From Promethearchaeota archaeon (lineage in GTDB: Archaea; Asgardarchaeota; Lokiarchaeia; Sigyniarchaeales; SOKP01), in assembly GCA_016839745.1 (NCBI GenBank), contig JAEOTS010000026.1:1-48773 (forward strand): 48,773 nucleotides of DNA, given 5' to 3'. The translations under genes were made by a program, and so were the position numbers. How positions within the stretch are numbered: the first letter of the stretch is position 1; every line of letters begins with the position of its first letter. Shown one piece after another: positions 8,222 to 18,392 of this stretch. A model generated the notes under the pieces. That model had not been told where the DNA came from. It made no database searches and was given only the letters and a program-made list of their open reading frames with translations.

Positions 8222-10543
8222 TTAGAGATAAACATCGACATCTTTTTTAGGGAATGAATTAATAATCTTCAATAGCCCTGTTCCAGTCTTTAATTTTTCA
8301 ACTTCCTCAGCATATATAGGGTAGTAATTGTTAAAAATCTTGTATACACTATTCCATGACTTTTGCTCTTCAGTTTTCTCTCCTATCTCTTTCCTAAGTT
8401 TAGAAAAAATGGCTTTAGCTTTTTTACGATTTAAAAATTTGACAAAAATCTTGATTACTTTAATCTTAATTTTCTTGTAAACTTCCGGTCTAAAATTAGC
8501 AAGTGCATAACTTAAATCGTCATCTGCAATCGGAAAAAAGTTTATTCTTCTGTCTTCAGGTTCGTCGGGATTTTTAATTAAATCTAGTTCTATATCTCCT
8601 TCACTGATGTTTTCTAATATTGGATAGAGTTGACCTGGAGTAATTCTTGTTTCCATTTGAATTTCAGAAGCAATTTCTGAAATCGAATAATTGAAGTCAG
8701 GGTATTTTTCTGGATTTTCAATTCGGTAAGTGTATTCGTTTTTTAGTATTTCCAGAATTGCATTTTTTAACGAGCTCGGGATTTCTTTTTGAATAAAAGA
8801 GATTGAAATATCTTTCTGTTTTTGTTCAAACGATAACTCGTCCTTTTGTTTCTTTGTATAATCAGTAGCAAGAGAGGATATAAATTTATCTGAAGCTTTA
8901 TCATTATCAGCACTGACTTTCAAATCAAGTTTCTTAGGCTTCTTCGAAGTCATCGTGCTGTAAAGTCTATCTGATAGATATTTTTTCGCTTTTTTCTGAG
9001 CGATGGCTTTTTTATCAAATTTTTCAAGAACCGAAGAAAAATCTACAATCTTTTGTAACCTTCCGTTTTGATCTCTTTCTTCTGTTAGGCTAATATTCAT
9101 GTCTATATTCGCTAAATCCTCGATTAAAGAGTAGATGTTGTTTTTCGAGAGTCGCGTTGCTCTTATTAACTCACGCTCTAAAATCTCAAGTGGATAACCT
9201 GCTCCTCTGCGTAAATATTCGCTTCTTATTAACTTATAAATTATATCCATACTTTTTTCTTCTTGATTAATCGTTTCTTTTTGTAAACGTATAAACATCG
9301 AGGTTTCGTGTGGTTTTAAATAATAAAATAGCAGAGTACTCCCAAGGAATATAATCATTATTATAGAAACAATATACTTATCTGCCATGAAGAACTGGCC
9401 TAGTAAAGTAACTTCTTGATTTGGTAACTGAGATTGTAACGCAAAACGAGTGAGTGTTTGAGCAAGGACACACCCTAGTATTAGCAATATTAAACCATCT
9501 CTTTTAAAAATAATAAATCTCCATTCTAAAGAACGACCTAATTTTTTTATAATTCTATATAAGAAATACATTGAAAAAGCAAATTCAATAATAAAGATAA
9601 ACCATACTGTCGAACTACTTGCTCCAACTGTAGCTTTTAATGCTGTGACAGTAGCAGGATTTAATATTAAAAACAAGGTTAATTGAAATACCTGAAAGAA
9701 AAAAATGAATAAAACTATCAATGAAAAAGTATAATTGTCAAACAGTCCTGCCCGTTTTGTCTCAGCTCTCCGTCTCGTAAAAACAAACTCAAAAATAATA
9801 AATAACAATGTTAATATTAAGCTAAAATAGATCAATGGCATAATCAAACGCATTTCTAATACATAAACTCCTACTGCTTCACTAGGGGCAGAAGGTCCTA
9901 GAAAATCTAGTGATATATAAACTAATAAACTTCTGTAAAACAGTGCTATTACAATCAATACTCCTAATATAAAATATGGAGAGATAAAAGCAATATATCT
10001 ACGCACTGACGAATATTTAGTTATGAAGCGTGCTTCAATTTTTGTCGCAAACTTTCTTGAATACATAAAAAACCTAGTACTCAATAAAATAAGCCATATT
10101 GTTGATAAACCTAAGAGATAACTTATGAAATTGATACTAAGGTTATTAATGAATATAAAGAGCAAGTAGAACCCGGAGATAATACTTAAATATAATACAA
10201 CTTGTTTTATTATTGAATTTTTCTCAAAAATGAAAACTCTGATCTTATCATTGCTGTATAGTATGGATAATGCAAGAAAAAAAGCTACTAATGCGTTTCC
10301 AAATGCAAAAGGATTTCCAAAAGTTAGAATATTTAGGTAAGTACCGGGAAAATTAATCCCTATTAAAATCAAAAATGAATAGATTAAAAATATAACATAT
10401 AATCCAATGAACTTCCTTTCTCCAAAATACGATTTTGATGGTTGTTGTCCCTCTACATATAAATCATGTACGAATATTTTTCGAATATTCTGCTGAAGAG
10501 ATTTCTTGATTTTTACGATATTTTCTTTAGCTTTCATTTTCAT
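8222..10543 (-). CDS. Polytopic membrane protein with soluble C-terminus containing two winged-helix-like repeats
   Basis: About 410 aa hydrophobic N-terminal half (~10-11 TM); repeats IIYKLIRSEY...YPLEILERELIRATRLSKNNIYSLIEDL and AILEILKNEY...YSISEIASEIQMETRITPGQLYPILENI. Confidence 0.6.
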   Translation of the reverse strand: MKMKAKENIVKIKKSLQQNIRKIFVHDLYVEGQQPSKSYFGERKFIGLYVIFLIYSFLILIGINFPGTYLNILTFGNPFAFGNALVAFFLALSILYSNDKIRVFIFEKNSIIKQVVLYLSIISGFYLLFIFINNLSINFISYLLGLSTIWLILLSTRFFMYSRKFATKIEARFITKYSSVRRYIAFISPYFILGVLIVIALFYRSLLVYISLDFLGPSAPSEAVGVYVLEMRLIMPLIYFSLILTLLFIIFEFVFTRRRAETKRAGLFDNYTFSLIVLFIFFFQVFQLTLFLILNPATVTALKATVGASSSTVWFIFIIEFAFSMYFLYRIIKKLGRSLEWRFIIFKRDGLILLILGCVLAQTLTRFALQSQLPNQEVTLLGQFFMADKYIVSIIMIIFLGSTLLFYYLKPHETSMFIRLQKETINQEEKSMDIIYKLIRSEYLRRGAGYPLEILERELIRATRLSKNNIYSLIEDLANIDMNISLTEERDQNGRLQKIVDFSSVLEKFDKKAIAQKKAKKYLSDRLYSTMTSKKPKKLDLKVSADNDKASDKFISSLATDYTKKQKDELSFEQKQKDISISFIQKEIPSSLKNAILEILKNEYTYRIENPEKYPDFNYSISEIASEIQMETRITPGQLYPILENISEGDIELDLIKNPDEPEDRRINFFPIADDDLSYALANFRPEVYKKIKIKVIKIFVKFLNRKKAKAIFSKLRKEIGEKTEEQKSWNSVYKIFNNYYPIYAEEVEKLKTGTGLLKIINSFPKKDVDVYL

Positions 10544-10703
10544 CGTATAAGTAAGTTTCTTGAGGGGAAATGTTTTGTTAAAAAAAAAATTATTATTTTT
10601 CGTATATGTTTAGAGAGAAAAATAGTTATTTATTCTTAATACTTTTCTAGATTAAATCGATTTTGTTGCTTAAAATTTAAAAGGACTCGATAATAATATT
10701 ATA

Positions 10704-10991
10704 ATGCACATGGAAAATCAGCCAGAAAAACCAGACAAAGAAACCTTGATAAACCTTGTCAAGCAAGGAATTGAAATGTTAGCTGAAAAGAACATTTCAA
10801 ATGTAATAATTTTATCCTCTTACAAAATTAATTCAGTTTTAAAAGATAACTACGGAGTAGACATTAAAGTCGATAGAATTGGGAGAATTTTAAGTACAGT
10901 AGCTAAAAATAATCAATTAAAACGTCTTGGTACTAACATCCCCAAATACAAGTTACAGATATCGAAAGTTTCGGGACTTCAATATTATTAA
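10704..10991 (+). CDS. Small hypothetical protein, probable winged-helix fold
   Basis: Helix-strand-helix-turn-helix-hairpin pattern (LSSYKINSVLKDNYGVDIKVDRIGRILSTV...KRL...KYKL). Confidence 0.55.
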   Translation: MHMENQPEKPDKETLINLVKQGIEMLAEKNISNVIILSSYKINSVLKDNYGVDIKVDRIGRILSTVAKNNQLKRLGTNIPKYKLQISKVSGLQYY

Positions 10992-11083
10992 TAACCAATT
11001 TGACTAAATACATATCTAAATTCTTATATTAACTCGGTATGATAAACCATATTTAGCTAATAAACATATAAAAATATTTTTGA

Positions 11084-12466
11084 TTATTTCTTAACATTCC
11101 TGAAATCTGGAATTATAGATTGAAGTCTTTCTATTAATTCTTCAAGCTCGACGAAGTCATTATTAAATTGTTCGAGTTCTGAAATTATTTTATCATAATT
11201 AGTACTTAAATTTAATTCAAAGGGGTGATTTATAGCACTAATTCCTTTTAACATGTCAATCGAGAGATTTTCGATTAGATATGTCAAATTGGAGATTTGA
11301 TTGGTTGAGTTCTCTATTCTTTCTTTTATCTTTTTATCTTGCATTGAAAGTTCATACAATTTATTAATGGTTTCATTAAGATCTTTCTTTATAGATTGAG
11401 AGATAGATTCGATGCTCTGCTCTAAGTTTTTATTAATTTCACTTGCTAAACTTTCTTTAATCTTGTCTGTATTAGTTTTTAATTCTTCTTGGCCTTCAAT
11501 ACGCTTCTTTATGTATCCCTCTATTTTCCCTTTATATTCGTCAATCCTTTCTTTAAAATTGATATCTATCCATTTTTCTACTTTTTCAAAACCATGATTT
11601 ATTGCCAAGTTCATATGTGCAAGAGAATCGCTAATTCTATTTAGACCTATTAGTGCTCCATCGTTAAATTCCATAGACCATGCTTCTAACTCCGTTTTGT
11701 AATTATTCAAGACTAAGTTAGAAAAATTTTGAAGTCCTTTCTTTACTCCTTCTACAACCGGTTCAATATTAGGATATTTTAATTCGATATCAGAATCCAA
11801 TTGCTCCACAGACAAAGGAATTTCTTGAAGATCGGGAGGAGTTTGATCGTTCATCTCTAGTTTCTCTCGAATTATTATTGGGTTTTTTGTTTGACCATAT
11901 TCGACGAGTTTTTGGACCCACCTATAAAAATCTAAAGATTTGGGTGCTTCTATTTCATATTTAACTTTAATAGTGTTACTTTTTTCTCCCTTTTTGGGAT
12001 CTTCTAGTCGAAAGACTTCCAAACCGAAATTACTCCCTTTTTGAAGTTTGGAATGATCAAAAACAATTCCAAAAGCACTGGGAATTTGTTCATTCTGAAA
12101 ATAAAGATGATTTTTTTTGTCAACATCAGAAAAGAAAATCGATTTGCTGTCAGGATGACTGTGGTACCACCCTAATAACTCAAAATTCTCATTTTCAGCC
12201 TCTTCTTTAGTTTGTACTAGAACCTTATGAACTTTTTCGGAAAATCCTAATTCAACAGTGTCACCATGAGTTACAGGAATAGCTCGGCTTACATTAATAT
12301 TGTTATTATTAGGATCTCTACTGCCTAGGCAAAATCCCAAAACTTGATCATTATAATCTAGTGAAATATTGGCAAACCTTAAGACATGTGAAAGCATGTC
12401 TTTGAACGCGCTCATCTTTATGAAAATATTTCCGTTTTCACTCGCTACTTTTTTGTTGTCAGTCAT
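11084..12466 (-). CDS. MPN/JAB1 domain protein with long C-terminal coiled-coil; catalytic Glu replaced by Gln
   Basis: DQVLGFCLG (Q at the Glu position), AIPV, GWYHSHPDSKSIFFSDVD, GIVFD; heptad-rich helical tail of ~230 aa. Confidence 0.85.
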   Translation of the reverse strand: MTDNKKVASENGNIFIKMSAFKDMLSHVLRFANISLDYNDQVLGFCLGSRDPNNNNINVSRAIPVTHGDTVELGFSEKVHKVLVQTKEEAENENFELLGWYHSHPDSKSIFFSDVDKKNHLYFQNEQIPSAFGIVFDHSKLQKGSNFGLEVFRLEDPKKGEKSNTIKVKYEIEAPKSLDFYRWVQKLVEYGQTKNPIIIREKLEMNDQTPPDLQEIPLSVEQLDSDIELKYPNIEPVVEGVKKGLQNFSNLVLNNYKTELEAWSMEFNDGALIGLNRISDSLAHMNLAINHGFEKVEKWIDINFKERIDEYKGKIEGYIKKRIEGQEELKTNTDKIKESLASEINKNLEQSIESISQSIKKDLNETINKLYELSMQDKKIKERIENSTNQISNLTYLIENLSIDMLKGISAINHPFELNLSTNYDKIISELEQFNNDFVELEELIERLQSIIPDFRNVKK

Positions 12467-12468
12467 TT

Positions 12469-13923
12469 TTAATCAGTACCTCCTTTTTCAAGTTCTTTAA
12501 TTTTCGATAAGAGTAGTTTTTTTTCTGATTCTAATTTATCAATCTTATCAAAAATAGGAGTTTTTGTGCCTTCCAAAATTAACACTGCTGCTTTCAAGTT
12601 AGTTAAGAATTTCTGCGACTTTTTATTTAGATCAGTAAGAAAATTTAATGCCTTACTCTGCTTCTTTGACGTAACATCGGATGTTTCTTTTTGCATCTTT
12701 TTTATTTTTTCAAGAGTTGTTTCCTTTATAGAGTTGATTTTTTCTGATAAGGAGTTTAAGGAGGTTTCAAGTTTTTCCAAATTATCTAAATTAACTGAGA
12801 TATTACTATTGAAATCTACTATTTTCTTATGACATTCGTTATAATCTCTTGAAAAATCGCTTTTTAATCCATCAAACTTTTCTTTAAATAATCTACTTAC
12901 TTTCTCTTCGACGATTTCTTTTATTTCATTTAAAATAGTATTAATTTCTCCCTGATACACATCGATTTGGTCTAAAAAATCGTCAACAAAGCCTTCTGCA
13001 TTAAATAATTCTGCGTTTAAATCATCCTTATATTTCCTTTGTATTTGGTCTATTCCTGAGTTTATTAGTTCTTTTAGCTGATTTAAATTTGTACTAATTT
13101 CTATATTATGATTTTCAATATCTCCTGAAATATTTGTGCTGATGGAATTAAGGAAATTTATTAAAGGGGTAAGAGACAAATCTAAAAAATTTGCGAGACC
13201 TAATTGAAATGATTCTATAACCTTACGCTGATCGATTGCGGGTTGTTTAAATTGTAATTGGTTTAGTTCAGGAACTTTTACATCCCCGAATATATCAGCG
13301 GTCTCATTTTCTTCCGTTATGGGAGGTTCTTTTGTATGAACACAATTAATTAATTCAACTATTTTAAAATAATAATCAAGGCTATCTGGGGGTTCTACTA
13401 TCGTTGTAACTTGATGAAAACTTGAATCTCTGATGTCTGTAGGGTTGGTTAAACGGATTGCTCTAAATCCTGGATCATTAGGGCTATCCAAATAAGCGTG
13501 ATCAAACACTAAAGCTATTCCACTAGGGTTCAATTCGTTTTGCCATCCAAATTGATTCTTAACATCGGTCGGTGAAAAGAAAATTTTGTGCTGGAATAAA
13601 TCGGGGTGGCTATGATACCAACCAACCATGAACCAATTTTTTTCTAAATACATGGAATTGGCTTTTTCAAAAAAGATATAATCATTAATTGAAAATTCAA
13701 CTTCTACACTACTTCCGTGCGAAATAGGTACTACATCCTCCACTACGACATTCTTAAATTTTTTATCTTCGCCATCTTCGAGATGTCCAATGAGAACACC
13801 CATAACTTCAATACACTGAGAGTGATTTCTAGCTTTATTTCCAAAACGTAAGACATGTAGAATTATTTTATAATAAGCATCAGGTTTAATCTTTACTACA
13901 CTATTATCTACATCTTTCCCCAT
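12469..13923 (-). CDS. MPN/JAMM (Rpn11/CSN5-like) metalloprotease with long C-terminal coiled-coil
   Basis: IEVMGVLIG, GWYHSHPDLFQHKIFFSPTD, ALVFD; ~250-aa helical tail; stop is 2 nt from the next start. Confidence 0.9.
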   Translation of the reverse strand: MGKDVDNSVVKIKPDAYYKIILHVLRFGNKARNHSQCIEVMGVLIGHLEDGEDKKFKNVVVEDVVPISHGSSVEVEFSINDYIFFEKANSMYLEKNWFMVGWYHSHPDLFQHKIFFSPTDVKNQFGWQNELNPSGIALVFDHAYLDSPNDPGFRAIRLTNPTDIRDSSFHQVTTIVEPPDSLDYYFKIVELINCVHTKEPPITEENETADIFGDVKVPELNQLQFKQPAIDQRKVIESFQLGLANFLDLSLTPLINFLNSISTNISGDIENHNIEISTNLNQLKELINSGIDQIQRKYKDDLNAELFNAEGFVDDFLDQIDVYQGEINTILNEIKEIVEEKVSRLFKEKFDGLKSDFSRDYNECHKKIVDFNSNISVNLDNLEKLETSLNSLSEKINSIKETTLEKIKKMQKETSDVTSKKQSKALNFLTDLNKKSQKFLTNLKAAVLILEGTKTPIFDKIDKLESEKKLLLSKIKELEKGGTD

Positions 13924-14172
13924 TTTTAGTCACTTTATCATTTAGAAATTGAACAAATATTATTATTAGATTTATATTTTTAACAATTATAATTTTAAGC
14001 ACTTAATATAAATGTATAGTAAATGATAATTTATTCTTCTTTTTCATTTATATCTTTTTTTTCTTCTTTAAATTCTATTAAAAATGTCGTGATCCCAAAG
14101 TTTCAAAAAATGTTTAAAGATCTATATTTGCATACAATTTTAAAAAGGAATTATAAAATAAAATTTATTTAA

Positions 14173-14817
14173 TTAATGCGGCAGAGGTTTTCCGCAGTAT
14201 GGACAGAATTTCCATCCTATATCTTTTCCACAATGAGGACAGAATGTCGAGGTTTCGACTCCCTCTCCTTTTGGAATTTGTGGTAACTCTCTTGTTGTTT
14301 TTATTGTAGATGGAGACGGTTGTTCCACACGCACTCTCTCTTCTTCCTTTTTGAATTTCATTCTTTCTTGGAACGCTTGACGTTTTTCATCATCCATCTC
14401 TTGAACCGATTTCATTCCCTCTTCCTTAACCCATCCTTTTACCACAGGTCTTTTTAGTTCGCTAACAGGAACCTTCTCTAACTCCACTTTTTTAGCTTCG
14501 GAAATGGGAGCTACAACTTTCTTTTCTTCCCTCTTGGTAATAGCTTGTTTAGTTAAGGCTTGAGTAGTTTTCATAATTTGGTGAGGATTAATATTTGGAA
14601 TTGCTACTGTCCTTAATACCCAACCCACGATGAGATTTTGATTAGGGAAACCAGAAGCACTCAAATCTTCATCCTTATAAACATATGACTCTATTAAAGA
14701 GTTTCCTTTTAGCAAACGAGAAGCCCACTTGCCGTTTATAAGCCCTAGCTGAATTCTATATGATGTCCCGGGGATTCCTAATTGGCTACTAAGGGGTTCA
14801 AATCCTTTTTCAGAAAT
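14173..14817 (-). CDS. Hypothetical protein with charged linker and C-terminal double zinc ribbon
   Basis: Ends FCPHCGKDIGWKFCPYCGKPLPH. The frame is open upstream of TTG 14715 (SEKGFEPLSSQLGIPGTSYRIQLGLINGKWASR); start placed at ATT 14817 behind GAGTTGAT. Confidence 0.7.
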   Translation of the reverse strand: MSEKGFEPLSSQLGIPGTSYRIQLGLINGKWASRLLKGNSLIESYVYKDEDLSASGFPNQNLIVGWVLRTVAIPNINPHQIMKTTQALTKQAITKREEKKVVAPISEAKKVELEKVPVSELKRPVVKGWVKEEGMKSVQEMDDEKRQAFQERMKFKKEEERVRVEQPSPSTIKTTRELPQIPKGEGVETSTFCPHCGKDIGWKFCPYCGKPLPH

Positions 14818-15073
14818 AATTATATCAACTCTAATTAGTATATATTCTATTTGCTCGGATTCAGATTTAATTTAATGAAATAATAATATAATCATAAGTT
14901 TTGACTTTAAATAATTTTATGTTTAACCAAGCAAAATCAATTTTTTCATAGTTATAATATTTATGGTTTAATACTCCTTCGCCTACAGAATCGCGTATTA
15001 TAAGTAAAAATAAAGACATAAATATGGGCATTTGTATACACTTATCAAATCAATAAGCTATTAAATTTTAGAA

Positions 15074-16024
15074 ATGACGGTTTTTATTCCGAAGGAAGTT
15101 TACTTAACTACCGTTGCTGCCTGTGTTAGATTTGCCAATCAACGTATCGATAAAGACGATTGGCTTGAGGTTTCAGGTATCTTCATTGGAAAAAATGAAG
15201 GAGAAGATGTATATATAACAAAATCATACCCAATAATGCATCAAGAATTAGATAGAGACGCTGTAATTGATCAATATAAATGGAGTGACGAAGATTATGA
15301 AGCATTATATATTATTGATGAAGAGGCATTTTCAAAGGGAGAATTCACCGTTGGTTGGTGGCACAGTCATCCAGGTTTCAAGATTATGATGTCACATATT
15401 GATATTAAAACAACTTTAAGTTACCAAACTAATAATACTCTTGCTATCTCATTGGTTTTTAATCCTGAAAGGTTAGTGAGACAAATTGAACTTCCTATTA
15501 AAAAAGGAGATCCCGTTAAACAATTAGATGGCGATCCCGGGTTTAAGATCTTTAGATTAGATGATGTATCTAAAGGAATTCAAGCTTCATACCATACTGT
15601 AGAATATGTTATTAAAGGCTATGAAAACCAAGAACAAATAGTCCCATTAACACAGAAATTCATTATCGACATCACGAATATGTTCCCAAAAGAAAATATA
15701 TTTGAAACCTACGAAAAATTCATAACTGATCGAATCAGCGAGCTAAATTCGTTATTACAAGGAACTGATGAATATTTAAACACATTAATAAGAAAAGGAG
15801 AATCTGGTAGGATTCATGAAGTCCTAGAAAATCAAACTCGAGACATTCGAAAATATGTTGCTGAAACTTTTATAAGAATAGAAAATATTAAACAATTCAT
15901 GAATTACTTAGAATTTAAAGAGAGAAATATGATTATACCTAAAATTGAAGAGATATTATCTCAATGGGATGAAACTGTAGCAAATTTAAACGCAAAACTA
16001 ACTGAAATAGCTAAAAAATTTTAA
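15074..16024 (+). CDS. MPN/JAMM metalloprotease with C-terminal helical bundle
   Basis: LEVSGIFIG and canonical H-x-H-x7-S-x2-D (GWWHSHPGFKIMMSHID), ISLVFNP. Confidence 0.9.
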   Translation: MTVFIPKEVYLTTVAACVRFANQRIDKDDWLEVSGIFIGKNEGEDVYITKSYPIMHQELDRDAVIDQYKWSDEDYEALYIIDEEAFSKGEFTVGWWHSHPGFKIMMSHIDIKTTLSYQTNNTLAISLVFNPERLVRQIELPIKKGDPVKQLDGDPGFKIFRLDDVSKGIQASYHTVEYVIKGYENQEQIVPLTQKFIIDITNMFPKENIFETYEKFITDRISELNSLLQGTDEYLNTLIRKGESGRIHEVLENQTRDIRKYVAETFIRIENIKQFMNYLEFKERNMIIPKIEEILSQWDETVANLNAKLTEIAKKF

Positions 16025-16154
16025 TTATTGAAAAACTTGAATGATTTTTATTTTTTCTGTTATTCCTATTTTTAATCTATTGTTTAAAGGGGAAATCTTT
16101 ATTTTAATGATTGATTTCTCTACTGTATAAATTAATTAGCTAATTTAGATTATT

Positions 16155-18362
16155 ATGCGTAAAGCTCAATTTCCATTTGTTGCTATTTTAGGACAAGATA
16201 GGATGAAACTCGGACTCATATTGAATGTAATTGATCCCCAAATCGGTGGAGTTTTGTTAACTGGTCAACAAGGCACTGGAAAATCAACGGGAGTTCGCTC
16301 TCTCGTAGAAGTTATGCCTGATATTGAAATTGTTAAAAATTGTCAGTTTTCGTGCAATCCAAAATCTCATATTGATGATCTCTGCATAGAATGCCGCGTA
16401 AGAAAAGAAAAGGGGGAATTAGAAATAGAATTTAAGGAAATGCGTCTAATTAATTTACCATTAGGAGTTACAGAAGATATGGTAACAGGATCTCTCTCTA
16501 TTGATAAGGTCTTAACTGAAGGGATCAGGAGTCTTCACCCTGGACTTCTCGCTAAAGCTAATCGTGGTATCCTTTATATCGATGAGATAAATTTACTCCA
16601 AGATCATATAGTCGATACCTTATTAGATGCTTCTGCTTCTGGTGTGAATATTATTGAAAGGGAAGGAATCTCGGTTATGCATCCCTCTCGGTTTATATTA
16701 GTGGGCAGTATGAACCCAGAAGAAGGCGATCTTCGCCCACAAATAGCTGATAGACTAGGTTTAGAGGTAAAAATAAAAGCTCCACGAGATGCAAAACTAC
16801 GAGCTGAAATCACAAGGAGAGTTATAGATTTTGACGATAATCCAAAAGCATTCATTAAAAAATACGAGCAAGAACAAGAAGAGCTAAGAAAAAAAATTGT
16901 AAGGGCGCGTGAATTGATTAAGAGTGTCAAAATTCCTTCCTCAGTTTATGAATTTGTCTCTAGATTAGTTAACGAATTGGATATTTTTTCACAAAGAGCT
17001 GATATAACATTTATCAGATGTGCTCGTGCCCACGCTGCTCTTCATGGAAGAACTGAAGTTGTAGAAGAAGATTTAAACGCAGCAATGGATTTAGTTTTCG
17101 AACACAGAATAAAATCGCTCCATTATGAAATGACCCCACAAGAAGTCAAGGCAAAAATAGTCGAAGTGTATGGAAAGATACAAAAAGCCTACGAAGATCC
17201 AAAAACCTATAGGCCAAATAAAGAAACTGAAGGACCTTTAAAGCACGATGATACTCCCCAAAAGGAATTCAAGCGTCAATCTGTTGATCCTAAAAAAGTC
17301 GATATTCCAGAAACTAAAGAACAAAAGCTACCTCCCCCTAAATATCCCGACAACAAGAAAAGAACTCCCTCACCTGCTGGAGGCTGGAAAGTAAAAGATA
17401 TACCAGAATATGACGAACGAGAATTCAATTTTTTTGAAAATGGAATTGAATCGCTACCATTAATTTACCAAATGGAAACAAAAATGACTTCTGTATTAGA
17501 TACAATTAGAAAAGATAGAAAAGTTTCCGATTATGGCGGTAGGGGAATTGGAAGGCGCATAAAAATCGCTTCTTCTCAAAAAGGTAGGTATGTCTCATAC
17601 AGAAGGCCGCTTAATCGTCCTAAAACTATTGCTCTCGATGCAACAATACGGAGTTATTTAAAAAATACAATTTTCAACCAGACGGATATAGAATTTCCAA
17701 TTAAATTTAATAAATATGATTTAATGGATAAAATTTACGAGTATCGAGCTCCCCTAGTGCTTTTTTTCGTTCTCGATAGCTCAGCTTCAATGTATTATGT
17801 AATCAAACAAATGACAGATGTTATTCTTTCTCTCCAGCGAGAAGGTTACAGAAAAAAAGATAAGCTAAGTTTAATTATTTTTAGGGCAAAAGAGGCAGTT
17901 GTTCTTCAAAAACCTACGGTTTACTTCAAATCTGCCGTTAACAAACTCAAAAAAGTTGAAGGAAAGTCTTATACCCCTATGGCCGCAGCGTTGACAAAAT
18001 GCTTAAAGTTAATTGACGCTGAAAAATTAAAGAATAGAAACATAATTCCGGTTGTTTTCGTCTGTAGCGATATGGGAGCAAATATATCCTATAAATATCC
18101 TGACTTAATCGCTCAAGTCCAAACAGATTACACTTTAATTGTTAACGAATTAAAAGCTTTGACAAAACAATTATCTAAAAAAGGAGCACATATGGTGGTG
18201 TTAGAACCGAAGAAATCATATGCAACTAGGGCTTTAGGAGTAAATACCTTTGCTGCTGACAAGATTAAAAAGAATTTTAAAAAATACGGAAGCGCTGAAA
18301 TATTCCAATTCGATAGGGTTAATCCAAAAAACTTAATTTTAGAACTGAAAAAAATACTTTAA
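16155..18362 (+). CDS. AAA+ ATPase-vWA fusion (Mg/Co-chelatase ChlI/ChlD-like)
   Basis: FPFVAILGQD, Walker A GQQGTGKS, Walker B LYIDEINLL, GSMNPEEG, Pro/charged linker, MIDAS DSSAS, TPMAAAL, SDMGAN. Confidence 0.9.
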   Translation: MRKAQFPFVAILGQDRMKLGLILNVIDPQIGGVLLTGQQGTGKSTGVRSLVEVMPDIEIVKNCQFSCNPKSHIDDLCIECRVRKEKGELEIEFKEMRLINLPLGVTEDMVTGSLSIDKVLTEGIRSLHPGLLAKANRGILYIDEINLLQDHIVDTLLDASASGVNIIEREGISVMHPSRFILVGSMNPEEGDLRPQIADRLGLEVKIKAPRDAKLRAEITRRVIDFDDNPKAFIKKYEQEQEELRKKIVRARELIKSVKIPSSVYEFVSRLVNELDIFSQRADITFIRCARAHAALHGRTEVVEEDLNAAMDLVFEHRIKSLHYEMTPQEVKAKIVEVYGKIQKAYEDPKTYRPNKETEGPLKHDDTPQKEFKRQSVDPKKVDIPETKEQKLPPPKYPDNKKRTPSPAGGWKVKDIPEYDEREFNFFENGIESLPLIYQMETKMTSVLDTIRKDRKVSDYGGRGIGRRIKIASSQKGRYVSYRRPLNRPKTIALDATIRSYLKNTIFNQTDIEFPIKFNKYDLMDKIYEYRAPLVLFFVLDSSASMYYVIKQMTDVILSLQREGYRKKDKLSLIIFRAKEAVVLQKPTVYFKSAVNKLKKVEGKSYTPMAAALTKCLKLIDAEKLKNRNIIPVVFVCSDMGANISYKYPDLIAQVQTDYTLIVNELKALTKQLSKKGAHMVVLEPKKSYATRALGVNTFAADKIKKNFKKYGSAEIFQFDRVNPKNLILELKKIL

Positions 18363-18392
18363 GTTCAAATTTAACTTCTTATTATTTAATTA

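Noticed and set aside
11084-16024. JAB genes as part of CBASS (Cap3) or Bil-type ubiquitin-like defence
   Set aside because: No CD-NTase, E1, E2 or Ubl gene is nearby, and the proteins are Rpn11-like with long tails.
16155-18362. Chlorophyll synthesis (Mg-chelatase) assignment
   Set aside because: No ChlH/CobN or tetrapyrrole genes are in the window; the ChlI/D-like fold alone is not sufficient.
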